Part shown: in pieces, positions 1 to 13,150 of the stretch
Position numbering within the stretch: position 1 is the first letter of the stretch
Layout of the letters: every line of letters starts with the position of its first letter
DNA from: Nemertoderma westbladi
Lineage: Eukaryota > Animalia > Xenacoelomorpha
Assembly (NCBI GenBank): GCA_032718475.1
Contig: JAUCBJ010008850.1
Location: 1 to 64,000, forward strand
DNA length: 64,000 bases
Direction: 5' to 3'
Position numbers and translations under genes: made by a program
Notes under the pieces: generated by a model
Seen by the model: the letters and a program-made list of their open reading frames with translations, nothing else
Database searches by the model: none
What the model was told of the DNA's origin: nothing

Positions 1-1247
1 ATAAAGGGCATATATCCTTTAACATACCTAACGACTACCTGACTCATGGAATCACCTGCTGACTGATGATACATGCTGACTGCTGAAACATTGCAAACTC
101 ATAGCAATCAGTGTTTTCATTGTTGTTTTATACTGCTATTTACTGTCAGTTCTTCATAATATGGTTGATGAATTATTATATTTGGAATAACGATAAATAA
201 CCCCGCAACCCAATATTCTTGATATACCGAAGGTAAGAGAGAAAGGTTACCAATAACGATTGTGACTTATGTTAAAGTGGTTTGAAGTGAATCTAATGTT
301 ATTTGATAGCCCCTACATGAGTCAGCCTGTGTTCCTTTTATATGTGACTAAAATCAGTGAAGATTGGCAGATTAGTGTGCAGTATTGTGCAGCATAGTGT
401 ATGAGTGAGTCTGTTAAAGAAGCAATTCCTAAAGAATGCGCCATATATGTGAATTATAATTAAGCCATATCGTTGTGAGTAGTTTAAGTCATAACTCTGT
501 GTATATAGATAAAGCGCCACGTCCTAAAGGAACTGTTAATATTCCCGAAGGTGAATAATATTGTCAGAGATTATATAATACTGTCAGTCGAATAATACAT
601 TAGGCTTACATAGCAATAAAATTAAACCGTCGAACCCAATCTCCCGGGAATATCCAGCGGGTGAATGGTCGCGCACGGATTGGTTTCGACTAGTGTAGTG
701 AATCAAATACTTGTCATAGACTAAAAACAGATTTAATATCTAGAAGACATCTTAATTTGGTGGGTTAAACTGCCAAAGGTCTGAAAGCGCGAACACCCCC
801 CCCCCCCCCCCCCCCCCTCTCTCTCTATAAATCTTAATTAGATTGTATATTTAAGGAGCATAAATAAATTGTAGGTATATCCAATTGAAATCACAACGCG
901 GAAAAGTGCCACTTATTCACACTGTACAATTAATAGGCCAAGTTATTCTTTATTTACTTATTCATACTGTAATACTAGTAGTCTTATAAATATTGCAGAA
1001 ATTTCAAGGTTCAGACAACTACTGGAAGCCTTCATCTTCATTAATGGAAGTTATTAGTAAGCGTGGGTTTTGTATAAAAACTAGCCGAGGAATCGTTTGT
1101 GGATGATATGTATGTACATCTGCTCGCTCAGTGAAAAACCAGTAAGCTGTGACGTCAACAGAATGTAGGTGTTTAATATTGTCTCATAGGTTTATGTACA
1201 GTAGGCCTACCAATAACTTGTAACGGTAGTCATTTGCGGGATGTTTC

Positions 1248-1847
1248 TGTAAGCGGATTCAGTTCCGCTGCATTACCCTCATAAATGGGAAGTGGCACAT
1301 TTTCAGTAATATGTTGGAGGTACGAGATTGGTAATAACCAATCTCGTATCACAACCCAACACCGGGGACAACACAACCCCAAAGCCACACAAAGGGAGGT
1401 TAGAGGTCAACTCACCTCGGGAGAGGAAACAACCAGCAGGGGCCAACAGCAGGGGGGAAACACTCCCAGAGAGGGGAGAGGCGTGAAGTAGATTATTAGC
1501 CAATAGGGGCGAGGGAAGCATCCACTAGGTTAAGAGGCCACAGTAGTATAGGAGTAATTATACATATATATATTATCCTGCTACCGGTCTGTAAATCAGT
1601 TATTCAGTTATTGGTTATTAGTGCAGACTGGTGACAATCCTCACCGTCAGCAATATATCCACATACCGGTACCCTATACAACTGTCAGTATCCACTGCTC
1701 TTCATTGTGCTATTATTCAGTCACCTATATTCAGTATTAACATTGAAAGCATCAGAGAGATAACAACTGAACAAACTCTTATTTTATTTCACTACTACGG
1801 TGACGCGTGGTCTATTTAACCGGTCGGGATCCCTTGATCCCGTCACA
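1248..1847 (+). mobile_element. Solo LTR (600 bp), same family as the LTR at 61692-62242
   Basis: Begins TGTAAGCGG and ends CCGTCACA. Flanked by a perfect 5-bp TSD GTTTC (1243-1247, 1848-1852). Colinear similarity to 61692-62242 (AGCCAATAGGGG, GAAACACTCCCAG, GACGCGT, ATCCCGTCACA). Confidence 0.88.
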
Positions 1848-1869
1848 GTTTCAATAAAAAATTATCAAA

Positions 1870-2554
1870 TCCCTCGAGCCCCGAAAAAGTCGGCCCAGAT
1901 AATAAAAATTACAGAAAATAATTGATAAAATAAAAAACTATATTTTGGTACAGTACATCCCAGTATTTCACAGTATTGCAGTAGGCCTATTTCACTCCAC
2001 GACAATAACTTTTTAATTATTTGTTTTGAAATTTTGATATCCAGTTTTGTAATTTATTTTTTTGTTACATAGACTTTTTCAAACTTGTATCCAAACTTAT
2101 TTAAAAACATACACGAGGCTCTGCTATGAGATACAAATTATAATTGAGCAATTCTATCATAAACCGTGCTCGTCCCATGCTAAATGTATTCATTCGATAT
2201 ACAATCATATATTAATCCGCTAGGTGGTGTCAAATTCTTATTCTGCAATTTCGTACTTACCAGTGCACAGTAGCCTACACTTCGTAAAAGATAGACTTCA
2301 TGATTCTCTACAAGCAACCAAAATTTAACATTAAAAAAAACCACATAACCTGGCTTAGTTTTTCACCAAACTTTACAAATTTTCTAAATTTTCCGTCTAC
2401 TACTTACCAACTAAGTTTGGTTCAATTCCGAATCAGCGATGCCGAGAAATTCGCGTTCAAACATTTACCAGACTGACAGACGGACGGACGGACATGCCCC
2501 ATTTGCCCTAATATAAACCGTATGTCAAGGCTCGCCGACTTCGTGTCTCGCCCC
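1870..2554. mobile_element. Possible non-autonomous Helentron/Helitron-like (HINE-type) element
   Basis: (GACG/GACA)n microsatellite at ~2471-2494, then a terminal motif GGCTCGCCGACTTCGTGTCTCGCCCC similar to GGCTCGCAGTTTTGACTCGCCCCCC at ~8890-8914. Boundaries approximate. Confidence 0.35.
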
Positions 2555-3322
2555 ACAGAATATCCAATCAAATTTGTTTCCCCAATTTTGCAAACTCGTT
2601 CTAAAGGCTTTTCAAAACTTTGTTAGTTAAGAGTTGTTATTTTGTTATGATTTGGGATTGATAAGAAGGTACCGGTACATGTTTATCATATAAAATGCTA
2701 AAATTTGTTTATTTTATTTGCAGATTATGATCAATTGTGGTGCTTTTCGTCAAGAACAGTTCAATATCATTTGATTGTGGAAATTAGGATTTAGTTAACA
2801 CTTACTAAATAGATACTGTACTCGACTACTTGCTACATATAAAAAATGTGACTTCAGTAGGCCAGTAGATTTGGGTTGTATAAGGGCGTACTAACTATTA
2901 TAGAGTAGATTTAATGTGTATATTTGATATACAATAATAGTATTGTATCACTTCTTTGTTATCAAATATAATTAATAAAAGATAATGATGTTTAACTTTC
3001 AGGTATTATTTTGTGGTGGCAGGACACTTATTATGGTTACGAATGAGTAGGCCTATTATATTTTTATAAACGCTACTCAATTATTACAAGTTGTAAAATT
3101 AAATACATCTGGGGAAGATAGAAAATAATTTAAAAACTCTCATAGAGACTGTGTTGGAAAAAATAATAAAGTAGGGATATTCTGTGAAAATCGAATAATG
3201 ATTCTAAAAATATAAAAAAAAATCGTAGCCTACTATTAGTGTTTCTAGCAGAACACATATTTTTGTTATTGATTACCGGTAATAATTTATATTAATTATT
3301 TTTTATATTAACATTATTTATT

Positions 3323-3447
3323 TGGATCCGGAGAAATCCGACCCAGACAATTCCGATCTAGAACAATTCCGACCCGGACAATTCCGACCCATGAAAATTT
3401 CTTTCGACCTCTGAGTGGGCCGGAATTGTCCGGGTCGGAATTGTCCT
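3323..3447. mobile_element. Short MITE-like foldback with subterminal GGACAATTCCGACCC repeats
   Basis: Four ~16-bp units on the left and two inverted units (GGGTCGGAATTGTCC-like) on the right. No TSD found. Confidence 0.5.
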
Positions 3448-4912
3448 AACTTCCCAAGAGGCCTGTACGTATAGTAGGTCTGGTGTTTCATAGAAAGAAG
3501 CTGTAATGTTTTGAGAATACCCGACTTCGAATTCTTAATACATGCTTTTAATAATTCAGGTAAATTGGATAATAATAATTAAACTTTATTATGGATTGCC
3601 TGCTAAATAAATATTGACGAAGTTATAATATGTTTAAAAGAAAAAACTCAGAACAGTAGAAAATGTGAAAAAGTGAGAAAAAGGGATATAAATCCAAGTA
3701 TAAAATGACTTCATTGGATGGTTCCTTATTAATAGACGGGCGGAATTTAAACTGGCAATACAACAAGTAATATGTAAATATACCACTATGTACATTAAAA
3801 TTTACAGTGTCAATTTCAATTTCTTAATTAATGTTAACATCTTGCTCCTTTAGGTTATACATTACTTCATTTATAAGATAATAAATATAACATTTCTGTG
3901 TTAAGTTTACTTTAACACAACGTCTATAGTACCCGTGTAGTTCTATTTTAGAGTTTCACAAATGGTTCCATTAGTGGTTCTGTATTATCAACCAATTAGC
4001 TGGTGAATGATTAGGCCCCTACTCACTCATGTCACCTAAAGCTTGGTTGGTGCATGTTTCTATCCGAGATGAGTCAATTACAGTTCCGTGTGGCAAACCA
4101 GCAATCTGTTGGCAGAGTAAAGAAAGGCAGTTGCGGAGTGTTCCTCCTTGGGGTTGAGGTGATGCCATCGCTACCTTACAGGTAACATTCAAGAGAGAAG
4201 AGATTCGATATTTCGAGTTTCATGATCATGATAAATTTACATTACTTTTACTGAAAAAAAGCAGTACTGTAACTATATTACAGTATGTTTCTGACACATC
4301 CCGCAATAAAGACACTATTCAACATTATCCAAGCATTTCAACGAGATACCTCATGCCATTCAAAAGTGATTACCTATGAATGAATCACCCTGTATTACAT
4401 GACATGTTCAAATTGGATGCTTTCTTCCTGAAAGTCAAATTAGTAACATGAATTTCCCAAATCGCGTAAAAATTTCCCCGATGTAAATGAATAAATTATC
4501 GTATTTAATGGCAAATAATTCCATCTCCCTGCCGGCTGCCGCCCCAGAAATGTTAACGCAGTTTCTGTTGTTACCAATACATAATATATAACTGCTTAAT
4601 TACCATACAACGCTTTTAAGAATATTCGTAGTAAAATTTTGATGTACTGCTCGGCGTAGGAATAAAAATGATGTGTGCGTTGAATTCAAGCTTTCTATTG
4701 GCTACCAATTCAACTTTTGGGCTTCTTCCATTGGTCATTGCCCCGGAGACCATACCTAGAATGTTTTTCTTGAAAAGTTAACCGACGGATTAATTAACCA
4801 TTTATAAGGCGCAGTTTGTTGTAACTCCTCGAATAAGTTTAATACGTATCTCGCTTAATTTGAATATTAAGAAGATTAACTGAACACGTAAGTACCTAAA
4901 TGTATTATTTTA

Positions 4913-6033
4913 ACTAGAGACGGGCCTAGCGGCCCGTGAAGCAAGTCGTAGGAGACAGTACGAGTCAAGTAGAAGCTTTTTGTTCTGTCTGATATAATCA
5001 ATTAGTGTGAGCGTAGTCCCAATGGTGTACGAGAAATTTTCTAGACAACTTCAAACTATAATTATTATGTTGTAATCATCTAATGAATTATAAAAGCTGT
5101 TGTGATTATAGAAGATAGAGAGCTGTTAGCGAAATGATTATTTTGTTCTATCGGATAGAGTAGTCAGAGGAGTCGAGGTGTCAATTGATTAATAAAATAA
5201 CAGCATGTTGTCTTGAATTCAATACAATCGCGCACAAGAAGTGATAAAGACAAATTCGGTCTTATTTTTGTAATAAATAAAACAAGTTGAGATGTTTCAA
5301 TGTAAACCGCGATTGATTAACAATTTACAGTGTTCAATGTAAACTACGATATTAATTAAATACAACAATGAAATTATTATTATAACAGATTTTTATATTT
5401 CAAACGATTATGGAGAATCATTATGAGGCTGAGTAAACATTCAGCCTTATTATAAGCATACAGCCTCCACAGTATTAATGTTGGCACAAAGATTTCAAAA
5501 TAAAACAATTATTATTAGATGAGAGCTAGAGAGCACAGTTGGGAAGAGTTATTCAGCTGAGACTGTAATAGCCAGCTAAACCAGTTAATGTTTGCTTACT
5601 GTCTGGGTTGTAGAGTAGAGTGATATTAAAACTTGGCAGAGAAAGTACTTCTTTGTTAGTTGGCCCTTCCTATTGAATGCATTACCAGGCCATCTCTATA
5701 CATATTTCATGAGTGCCAGCTGGTGTTTTATCATTGCGCCTATGGCAATTTTCGTGTTTTGGGGCTATTTTTCGAAATAAAACAAGTTTAAATGTTTCAA
5801 TTTAAACCGCGATTTCACAAGTACCCATAGAAATCTATTTTCATGGTTCATGCAAAATTTAATCAAAATCGTAAGCGCCGTTTTTGCTCTAGGTCAGTAG
5901 CCAGCCAGTAGTCAATAGCCAGTAGTCAGTAGCCAGTAGTCAGTAGTCAATAGCCAGTAGTCAGTAGCCAGTAGTCAGTAGTCAGTAGCTTTTTTTCTTA
6001 TAGTAGACCTAATCAAGTCTGACGACTTGCTAA
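4913..6033 (-). mobile_element. Helentron-associated non-autonomous element (HINE/DINE-1-like)
   Basis: Sub-terminal inverted repeats AGCAAGTCGT (4940-4949) / ACGACTTGCT (6022-6031); GC palindrome ACGGGCC-TAGC-GGCCCGT (4920-4937) outside one subTIR; short stem CAAGTC/GACTTG (6014-6029); (AGTAGCC/AGTAGTC)n microsatellite at ~5893-5988. Confidence 0.65.
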
Positions 6034-7402
6034 TTATAAGGTTCCCTAAACACTTAATTCCAACATCATGGTGGCCCTGAACGGCGATTTTTGTAATTTT
6101 TTTTTGTTTCCCCGAATGATGCAAACTCGTTCAAACTGTTTAATTTACAATATTGTATTTTCTAATAAACAATGAGACACTCTCAGACTTTATATGTAAT
6201 CCCAACACATTGACTTTCCTATTCTGTACTTCGGTACAACTGTGTACTACTCAGTACTTCACATGTACTTACTGTACTACATACAACTACGAAATTCGCA
6301 AACTGCCTGAACTTTATAGTAAAACATTTAACTGAAGCAATAGTAAACACGAACGACTTTACTAAACTCGGATAAACAAATCGAATTGGTTGGAGTGGTT
6401 TCTAAAACATGTGGTATATCAGTTACAGTATGGTTGTTAGGTATAGGCCTACATAAGAAACTAATCATTTATTTTGCAAAGTAGGTGTTTCCCCAAGTTT
6501 TGTAAAGTCGTCGAAACAAATGCTGCATGCAGTCATATAAGGCATAGGATATTAGAAAATAAAAAGCTTTAAATGTTTATTAAATGTTTATTAAATGTTG
6601 TTTATTAAATTACCCTTAGGATCAGTAGTATATTACGTAGTTTCAAAAAATACTAGTGAATACTGCGGAATGTGATGCTTTTAAAAAAACTTTTAAAAAA
6701 TGTTATAGCAAGAAGTTTTGTCTTTTCACACCTCACTCCCAAAACGAATCTGCTATTGTTGAGAGTATCTAGAAAACGCCACATATTACAGACACCCAGG
6801 CCTGTGTAACATTTTTTGCTGTAACTTATGTCCACAGTAAAAATTGAGGACCGGCGAGGTGATATACTTATATATATATAGGTTAGATACACGTATGTCT
6901 AACTGAGTACGCCGATCATATTATGCGCCCCCAGTCTGAGACTAGAATCTCTGTAGTATTTCGTGGTTCAAAAATACCGGTCGACTTTGTCTATTAGTGT
7001 AGACCTACAGTAATTGTCCTGCCAAAATTGGTAGATACTTTAGAGTAGAGTGTACTATATAACTACACCTACAGTATACCGTTAGTCGCTGTGATGGTTC
7101 ATGGTTATTATACAGTACAGTACCATTTCATTGCAGCGAATAGTTAAAGACTGCCAAGTACAGTAGGATTGAGCACAGTGGTTGTAGATGATGATATTGA
7201 CAGTTTGAAGGAAAAAAATAGGACCAATATCAGGTAATTGTTCAAGGTCTACCTTTTATCTTAGACGCTATGTGAATAGTTAGATTGCCAGACTTCCATT
7301 CTGGAAGTAACCTGACTGGTAAAGGGTTAATAATCTTTTTACCTCAAGCTGGACAGTCCCCGGGTTCAATCCTGGACGGATTCAAGTAAAATTTCGTAAC
7401 TG

Positions 7403-8104
7403 GAGAGTGCACCCACCACCCAGCACCCATCACACAGCATCCAGCATCCAGCACCCAGCACACAGCACCCAGCACTCAGTACACAGCACCCAGCAACCAG
7501 CACACCGCACCCAGCACACAGCACCCAGCACACAGCACCTAGCACACAGCACCCAGCATACAGCACCCAGCACCCAGCATACAGCACCCAGCACACAGCA
7601 CCTAGCACACAACACCCATCACACAGCACCCAGCATACAGCAATACTACAACATCCCGGGAGAGTGCACCCAGCACCCAGCAATGCTACAACATCCCGGG
7701 AGAGTGTATCCAGCACCCAGCAATGCTACAACATCCCGGGAGAGTGCACCCAGCACACAGCAATGCTACAACATCCCGGGAGAGTGTATCCAGCACCCAG
7801 CAATGCTACAACATCCCGGGAGAGTGCACCCAGCACCCAGCAATGCTACAACATCCCGGGAGAGTGTATCCAGCACCCAGCAATGCTACAACATCCCGGG
7901 AGAGTGCACCCAGCACACAGCAATGCTACAACATCCCGGGAGAGTGCACCCAGCACACAGCAATGCTACAACATCCCGGGAGAGTGCACCCAGCACACAG
8001 CAATGCTACAACATCCCGGGAGAGTGCACCCAGCACACAGCAATGCTACAACATCCCGGGAGAGTGCACCCAGCACACAGCACACAGCAATGCTACAACA
8101 TCCC
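7403..8104. repeat. Compound minisatellite: 7-mer CAGCAC(C/A) array followed by ~11 copies of a 40-bp unit
   Basis: 7-mer array at ~7410-7640, then unit CAATGCTACAACATCCCGGGAGAGTG(C/T)A(C/T)CCAGCAC(C/A)CAG at 7641-8104. Confidence 0.95.
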
Positions 8105-8581
8105 GTAGTATTGTATAACAACATTTTCCCCGTTTACAAATTGAAAATTCGAAATTCATTGTTCTACAGTAAAAGTAATCGAAAATATCCATGATGTGAA
8201 GGTTGTCAGTAAACTGACGCCATTAAAAAACTGAAGTACAGCAAGTTTTATTATTCATAGCGGGAGGCTAACCTATTTATGTAGAGGGCCAAAGTCCGTG
8301 TCTCCATGGTAAATGTACTCGCCTAATTGACTGAGAGGGGCTTCAGCTGTGTATTGTACGTTGAATCTTGAAGTAATTAAATGTGGCGTGTCTCTGGTAA
8401 GCCAATATAAGCTACACAGTAACATTAGTCAGGTGCGGCGGTTTGTTAGCACTAATGGAAAGGAAGTCCCTCAGGGTTGGTCCATCAATGATTTCTAAAG
8501 AGTGCGAATGTTATTAGAGGTGGAGCTCTTTGGTAACTCTTAAGTTGTCTTTCTTAGATTCCCTGCTTTGGTGCTCTTGTA

Positions 8582-8660
8582 GAGTGTAGCGAGTGTAGCG
8601 AGTGTAGCGAGTGTAGCGAGTGTAGCGAGTGTAGCGAGTGTAGCGAGTGTAGCGAGTGTA
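8582..8660. repeat. 9-bp tandem repeat (GAGTGTAGC)n, ~9 copies
   Basis: Directly visible; accounts for the RYTRYT ORF. Confidence 0.95.
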
Positions 8661-9174
8661 ACTGTGAAGTAATCTTGTTTCATTTACTGTATCATCAATT
8701 GTACAGTTACACGAGTGAGGCCGCAAAAAAAGTCGCGCAGTCGTGCAGCAAAAGCTGCAAGCCATCTTAGCGAACAATTATAAATTGACTATGGCTAGTT
8801 ATATATTGGCTTCCGACACACACACACACCTACACACACACACAGACTTTTAGAAAACGGCCATAGTATAATTATAACAGTTCGCTGATGGCTCGCAGTT
8901 TTGACTCGCCCCCCAAGTTTTTGTAGAAAAGCCACCTTTCTGGGTTAAAGCCTAAAACCAAGAATTTTCATTAGAAAGTTTCACTTCACCAAATTACTCA
9001 ACCTTGCTTAATTAATTCCTACAACCCTCCTTCCAACTCCTTCCAATTTAAATAACATACAGTATGTACAGATTTTGTAGTACATTAAGTATTTTATTCG
9101 TAAATGTGAAATATTATGTAACTCGCAAGGTGCTATATAAGAACTTTTTACTAAGATCATTTTGACATACTGTA

Positions 9175-9798
9175 CTCGGGACTCTTACACTTTGCCGTGC
9201 CATTGTAGCAATTATGTTTCTTGATATAATAAAATGATCTTAAAATATTTATTCTAGAACAAAATAATTTTTATGTTAAATGAATAGATAATTATGTTTT
9301 CAAACATTTAGAAAAAAGTAACAAAAACTAGCTACCGGTAGTGTAAAAAATTTATACAAAGATAACATACAATAAAATTAAAAAAATTAACAAATTAGCT
9401 AGTGCTTTTTATTTTTTGTTCTAGAACAAAAAATATTTCTTCTAGAACAACATTTTTATATTAACTGAATATATAATATGTTCTAGAAGATTAAAAAAAA
9501 GAAACAAAAACTAGCTAGTATAAAAAATTTATACAAAGATAACATACAATAAAAAATTAAGAAATTAACTAGTGCTTTTTATTTTTTCTTCTAGAACAAA
9601 AAATATTTGTTCTAGAACAAAATTGTTATATTAAGTGAATAGATAATATGTTCTAGAATATTTAAAAAAAGAAACAAAAACTAGCTAATATAAAAAATTT
9701 AAACGTAACAAAATGTAATTGTACGTAGAGTATTATTACAATCTAAATATAATTATATTGAATATATAGATGGCACGGCAAACTGTAAGAGAGCCCTG
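9175..9798. mobile_element. Tc1/mariner-type MITE with internal ~180-bp tandem triplication
   Basis: ~29-bp imperfect TIRs (..CTCTTACACTTTGCCGTGCCAT / ATGGCACGGCAAACTGTAAGAG..), TA on both flanks (9173-9174, 9799-9800), and three internal AT-rich repeats. Confidence 0.75.
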
Positions 9799-10179
9799 TA
9801 CTCTTCTGAACCACGACCTAGTATTTTAAATATGATTACAATTCTTGCCTCTATTGATAACGCTCTGATCTTAAGCTTATAAGATAAGATATAAGTCTTA
9901 AAGCGTTGAAGGAAATGGCTAATCTTAAAATACTTTTTGTACTACTTTTTTTCAAGTTTGCTATAGAGTTGGATCATCCTTAGTCCTGTTTAATTACTTA
10001 ATAATTTATACAATCTATGGATGTTAAAACATATAAACAATAAGATTCGTTTGCAGTACAGGTCATAACTGCTACTGTATTAGAATACAGATTAAATCCA
10101 TCCGTAAGGAGGACTGTATTCAATAGCAACCGTAAGGTAGCTTACCACCTATAGCAAAACAAATCGGAAAGATGCAGGA

Positions 10180-10251
10180 GCCCCCGTGGTGTAGTGGTTA
10201 GCATACCTGAACGTTTATCGGGAGACGCGGGTTCGATCCCCGCTGGTGGCG
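10180..10251 (+). pseudogene. tRNA-derived sequence (tRNA pseudogene or SINE head)
   Basis: A box TGGTGTAGTGG and B box GGTTCGATCC; folds as a cloverleaf with anticodon stem CCTGA/TCGGG and loop ACGTTTA. Lacks U33 and has an acceptor-stem mismatch. Confidence 0.65.
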
Positions 10252-12607
10252 AATTCATGTTTCCGCAAGTCCTGTTTAAATAAATTACTTAATAATTTTT
10301 TCAAGTTTTTTCCTGTAATTTAACACCCTATCCCTCTCCCGCAGAAAACTACTGAAATACCAGTTAATTACAACTGCAGAACTAATAAAACTTGCTGCAC
10401 CGCGTTATTTTCTATTAATCGATAATTACATTGTTGTTGTTGTTGTTGTTGATATATACAGATAGATTTTCTTGCGTCTATAAGTCTATAACCCCCCCCC
10501 CCCCCCCCCGTGCGCCCAGGTGCTTATTGTAAACATCATATAATGCTGTAAATTTTTTATGAGATCATATAAACAAGCAAGTTGATTGAGCTGTCGCTCT
10601 TGATAGCTAGATCAAAGGATTTGAATGTTAAATCAGGATTTTATTTCCTATGCTACCGTTCTTTTAACCACTTCTTTCTTTGCACCCCTGTATAAGATAT
10701 ACAGTACAGTTTACGGTACAGCTCACTGTCTTTAGATTTACCTTTGGTAGGCCTGAAAATATATCCACCTCTTGCGTCTATCACAATTATATCTTTATAC
10801 AGTAGATTAACCAATAGCCTACTGTACTGTGTACCATACGTTTTAATGAGAGTAGCTGAATCTTTTTAACTTTTCAAACCCACAAAGGTTGTGGGAAATC
10901 TCGATCTGGTGTATACATCCGACTTGAAGGTGCAACAGCGTCGACACAAAGTCCACACGATTTCCTGCCTAAATCAACAGCATACCGGCCAGAGTCCCTA
11001 AACTGACCACTTCTCAGGCACTCTGATCAAATTTCCTTCCTGTGAACTGTGTTAATGATGATTATATTAACTATATATTCGCGTGATTGTTAGCTGCAGC
11101 GGTTTGGCCTTCCTTTCCGGTACAGTCAGTGAGTGTAGCTGCAGGTACGGTAAATGGCTTTATGCAGGTCACAACTTCATTAAAAGCCCTGTCCAAATTA
11201 CAAGGCTACTTATCAAAGCCCTGTGGAATGCTTTCTTGGGAGAAATCAATAACAATTTGCGAATTGTGTTAAATGAAGAGTTGCTAGATAGCATCAAAGC
11301 TGTGAAGTTACACTAAATAGAAATTGAAATACTGAACATTGAAAAAGTAGCAGTATATTTCAACCTGTAAACTTTAAATGGGATTCCCCAGAAATACTGT
11401 AGTTTGATATTTTGAATATATCAATATCCGCTCCCCGTTAGATTTAAGTACCTTCGAAGTAGAATGGTTATTATCCAACGGCTTCCACCACAAGATTAGT
11501 TCGCTAAAGGTGCGTTGTCTGTGGGTTCAACGCACAGTCCGCTGCCCATGCCTTGATTTTGCAGCCAACTAATTCGACTCCATGTCAAAACCTCTGAGCA
11601 AACCAAAACTTTTAAATTATTTTAAATGATTTGTACGTACAGTAGTTACTGTAATTATTACATGCAGTATTTATTTTATTTTGAATTTTAAGTTAATTCA
11701 AACTTATCAGTTAGATATATTAAATGCGTCATATCCTCAATATATTAATTTTTACTAGCCGTCCCACGTACTGCAATATTGTCTGCAATTGATTATTCAC
11801 AAGCTGCTATTTTCTATTGTTGTTTTGTAAACATTATTGTTTTTTTTTATTAAAAACATTGGGCCTTTGAATAATTAAATCTGTGGGCCATTCATTTATA
11901 TGAGTCATAAACACACATCGTCGTAAAACGTAGAGCAGCAATGCTGCCGATTATGGTAAGAAACCATAAATAATACCGCCTTACTTTTTACCAACATAAA
12001 TACAGTATATATAATTATCATTCCTCCCTATATATTTTACATCATAGAATTCGATTAACAAGTATGCATTCCCGATTGGTTTATTTATTCATCGTCTTCA
12101 CCCTCTTTATTGTCTGCCAGACTTCATACATCCCCCGAATGGACTTGGAACCAATGGATTCAGTCTACCTAGGCGATCCTGACAGACAGGTTAGCTTGGA
12201 AAATTGTTATACTATTTAAAATTGTTCTGAATAAAATCCTGGTAAAATATCATTAAAGTTTAAATAAATTCATAAGACCTACATTATGTGTGACGAGTCA
12301 GAACAGTGAGCTATCAGCTTCCACAATTCGGGAGGTTTTCCAAATTGGGGGGTGTGTGTGCGTTATTGCCGAAAGCCAATGATTGGGCATTCTGATACAA
12401 CCCCCCCCCCCCCCCCCCCCCAAGTTGCGGCCATTTTGAGGGCTGCCATGTACCACTGCACTTTTTCGGTGAGTTATTTTGCAAGAAGGCCCAAGACCTG
12501 TTATATGTACTGTAGGTCTACATACTGTGTAAACATATTTCAGTGTTCTGTAGAAACTGTAGGCCTACATGGCCATGGCCAGCATTACAGTAAAGCATAG
12601 GCAAGTA

Positions 12608-12889
12608 CACCGTTCCCCGGAATATAATGTCGTAGTGCATTTCGGCCCCTACCGCCAATTTTTACTACAAAATATTCATGAGATTCCATGCAATTTAAAG
12701 GCAATGGTTTCACCTTCATCCTCCTTTCTTGGTTGCCAAAATTTATATTTTCACTTTCAATCCTTAGCTACTGTAAAACAAGCATTTAAAAAGTGTCTCC
12801 GTCGAAATTACACAAGTTACACTGTAAGATTCATTTGTGTCGTATCTGTCACTGACTTTTGACACTACAGTATATTCCGGGGCATGGTG
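12608..12889. mobile_element. Degenerate MITE with CAC termini
   Basis: TIRs CACCGTTCCCCGGAATATA / TATATTCCGGGGCATGGTG (17/19 match). No TSD. Confidence 0.45.
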
Positions 12890-13150
12890 GTTGTTACTGT
12901 AGGAGGTTTTATCAACTTATAGAAACACGCCTATGATGACGTATACAGTAATACTGTAGTAGTAGCGGGCTTTTTGAAAATCCTAAAGATATTTTCTAAT
13001 TTGTAATTTGAAGTCAATAAATAGTTCTTTTAGCACACAGTTTTAGTACGTGGTAAATTCGTATTGTTTGTCGGCCAGTCGGTCTGACTCAATGTGTGAA
13101 CATGTACAACCCAACAACCACTCGAATATAATTTAATTTAAATTTAAATT

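Noticed and set aside
4036-4168. Possible minus-strand exon (MASPQPQGG...)
   Set aside because: No homology recognised and no consistent downstream exon found.
7310-7330. piggyBac-like end (AAAGGGTTAA), plus lone Tc1-like ends at ~4386-4393 and ~10683-10692
   Set aside because: No matching partner termini located.
7366-8194. Overlapping ORFs on both strands
   Set aside because: Products of the 7-mer and 40-mer minisatellites.
10180-10251. Functional tRNA-Asn(GTT)
   Set aside because: No U33, an acceptor-stem mismatch, and a body that does not resemble tRNA-Asn; kept only as tRNA-derived.
11083-11316. 77-aa ORF with somewhat coding-like composition
   Set aside because: No recognisable domain or linkable exons.
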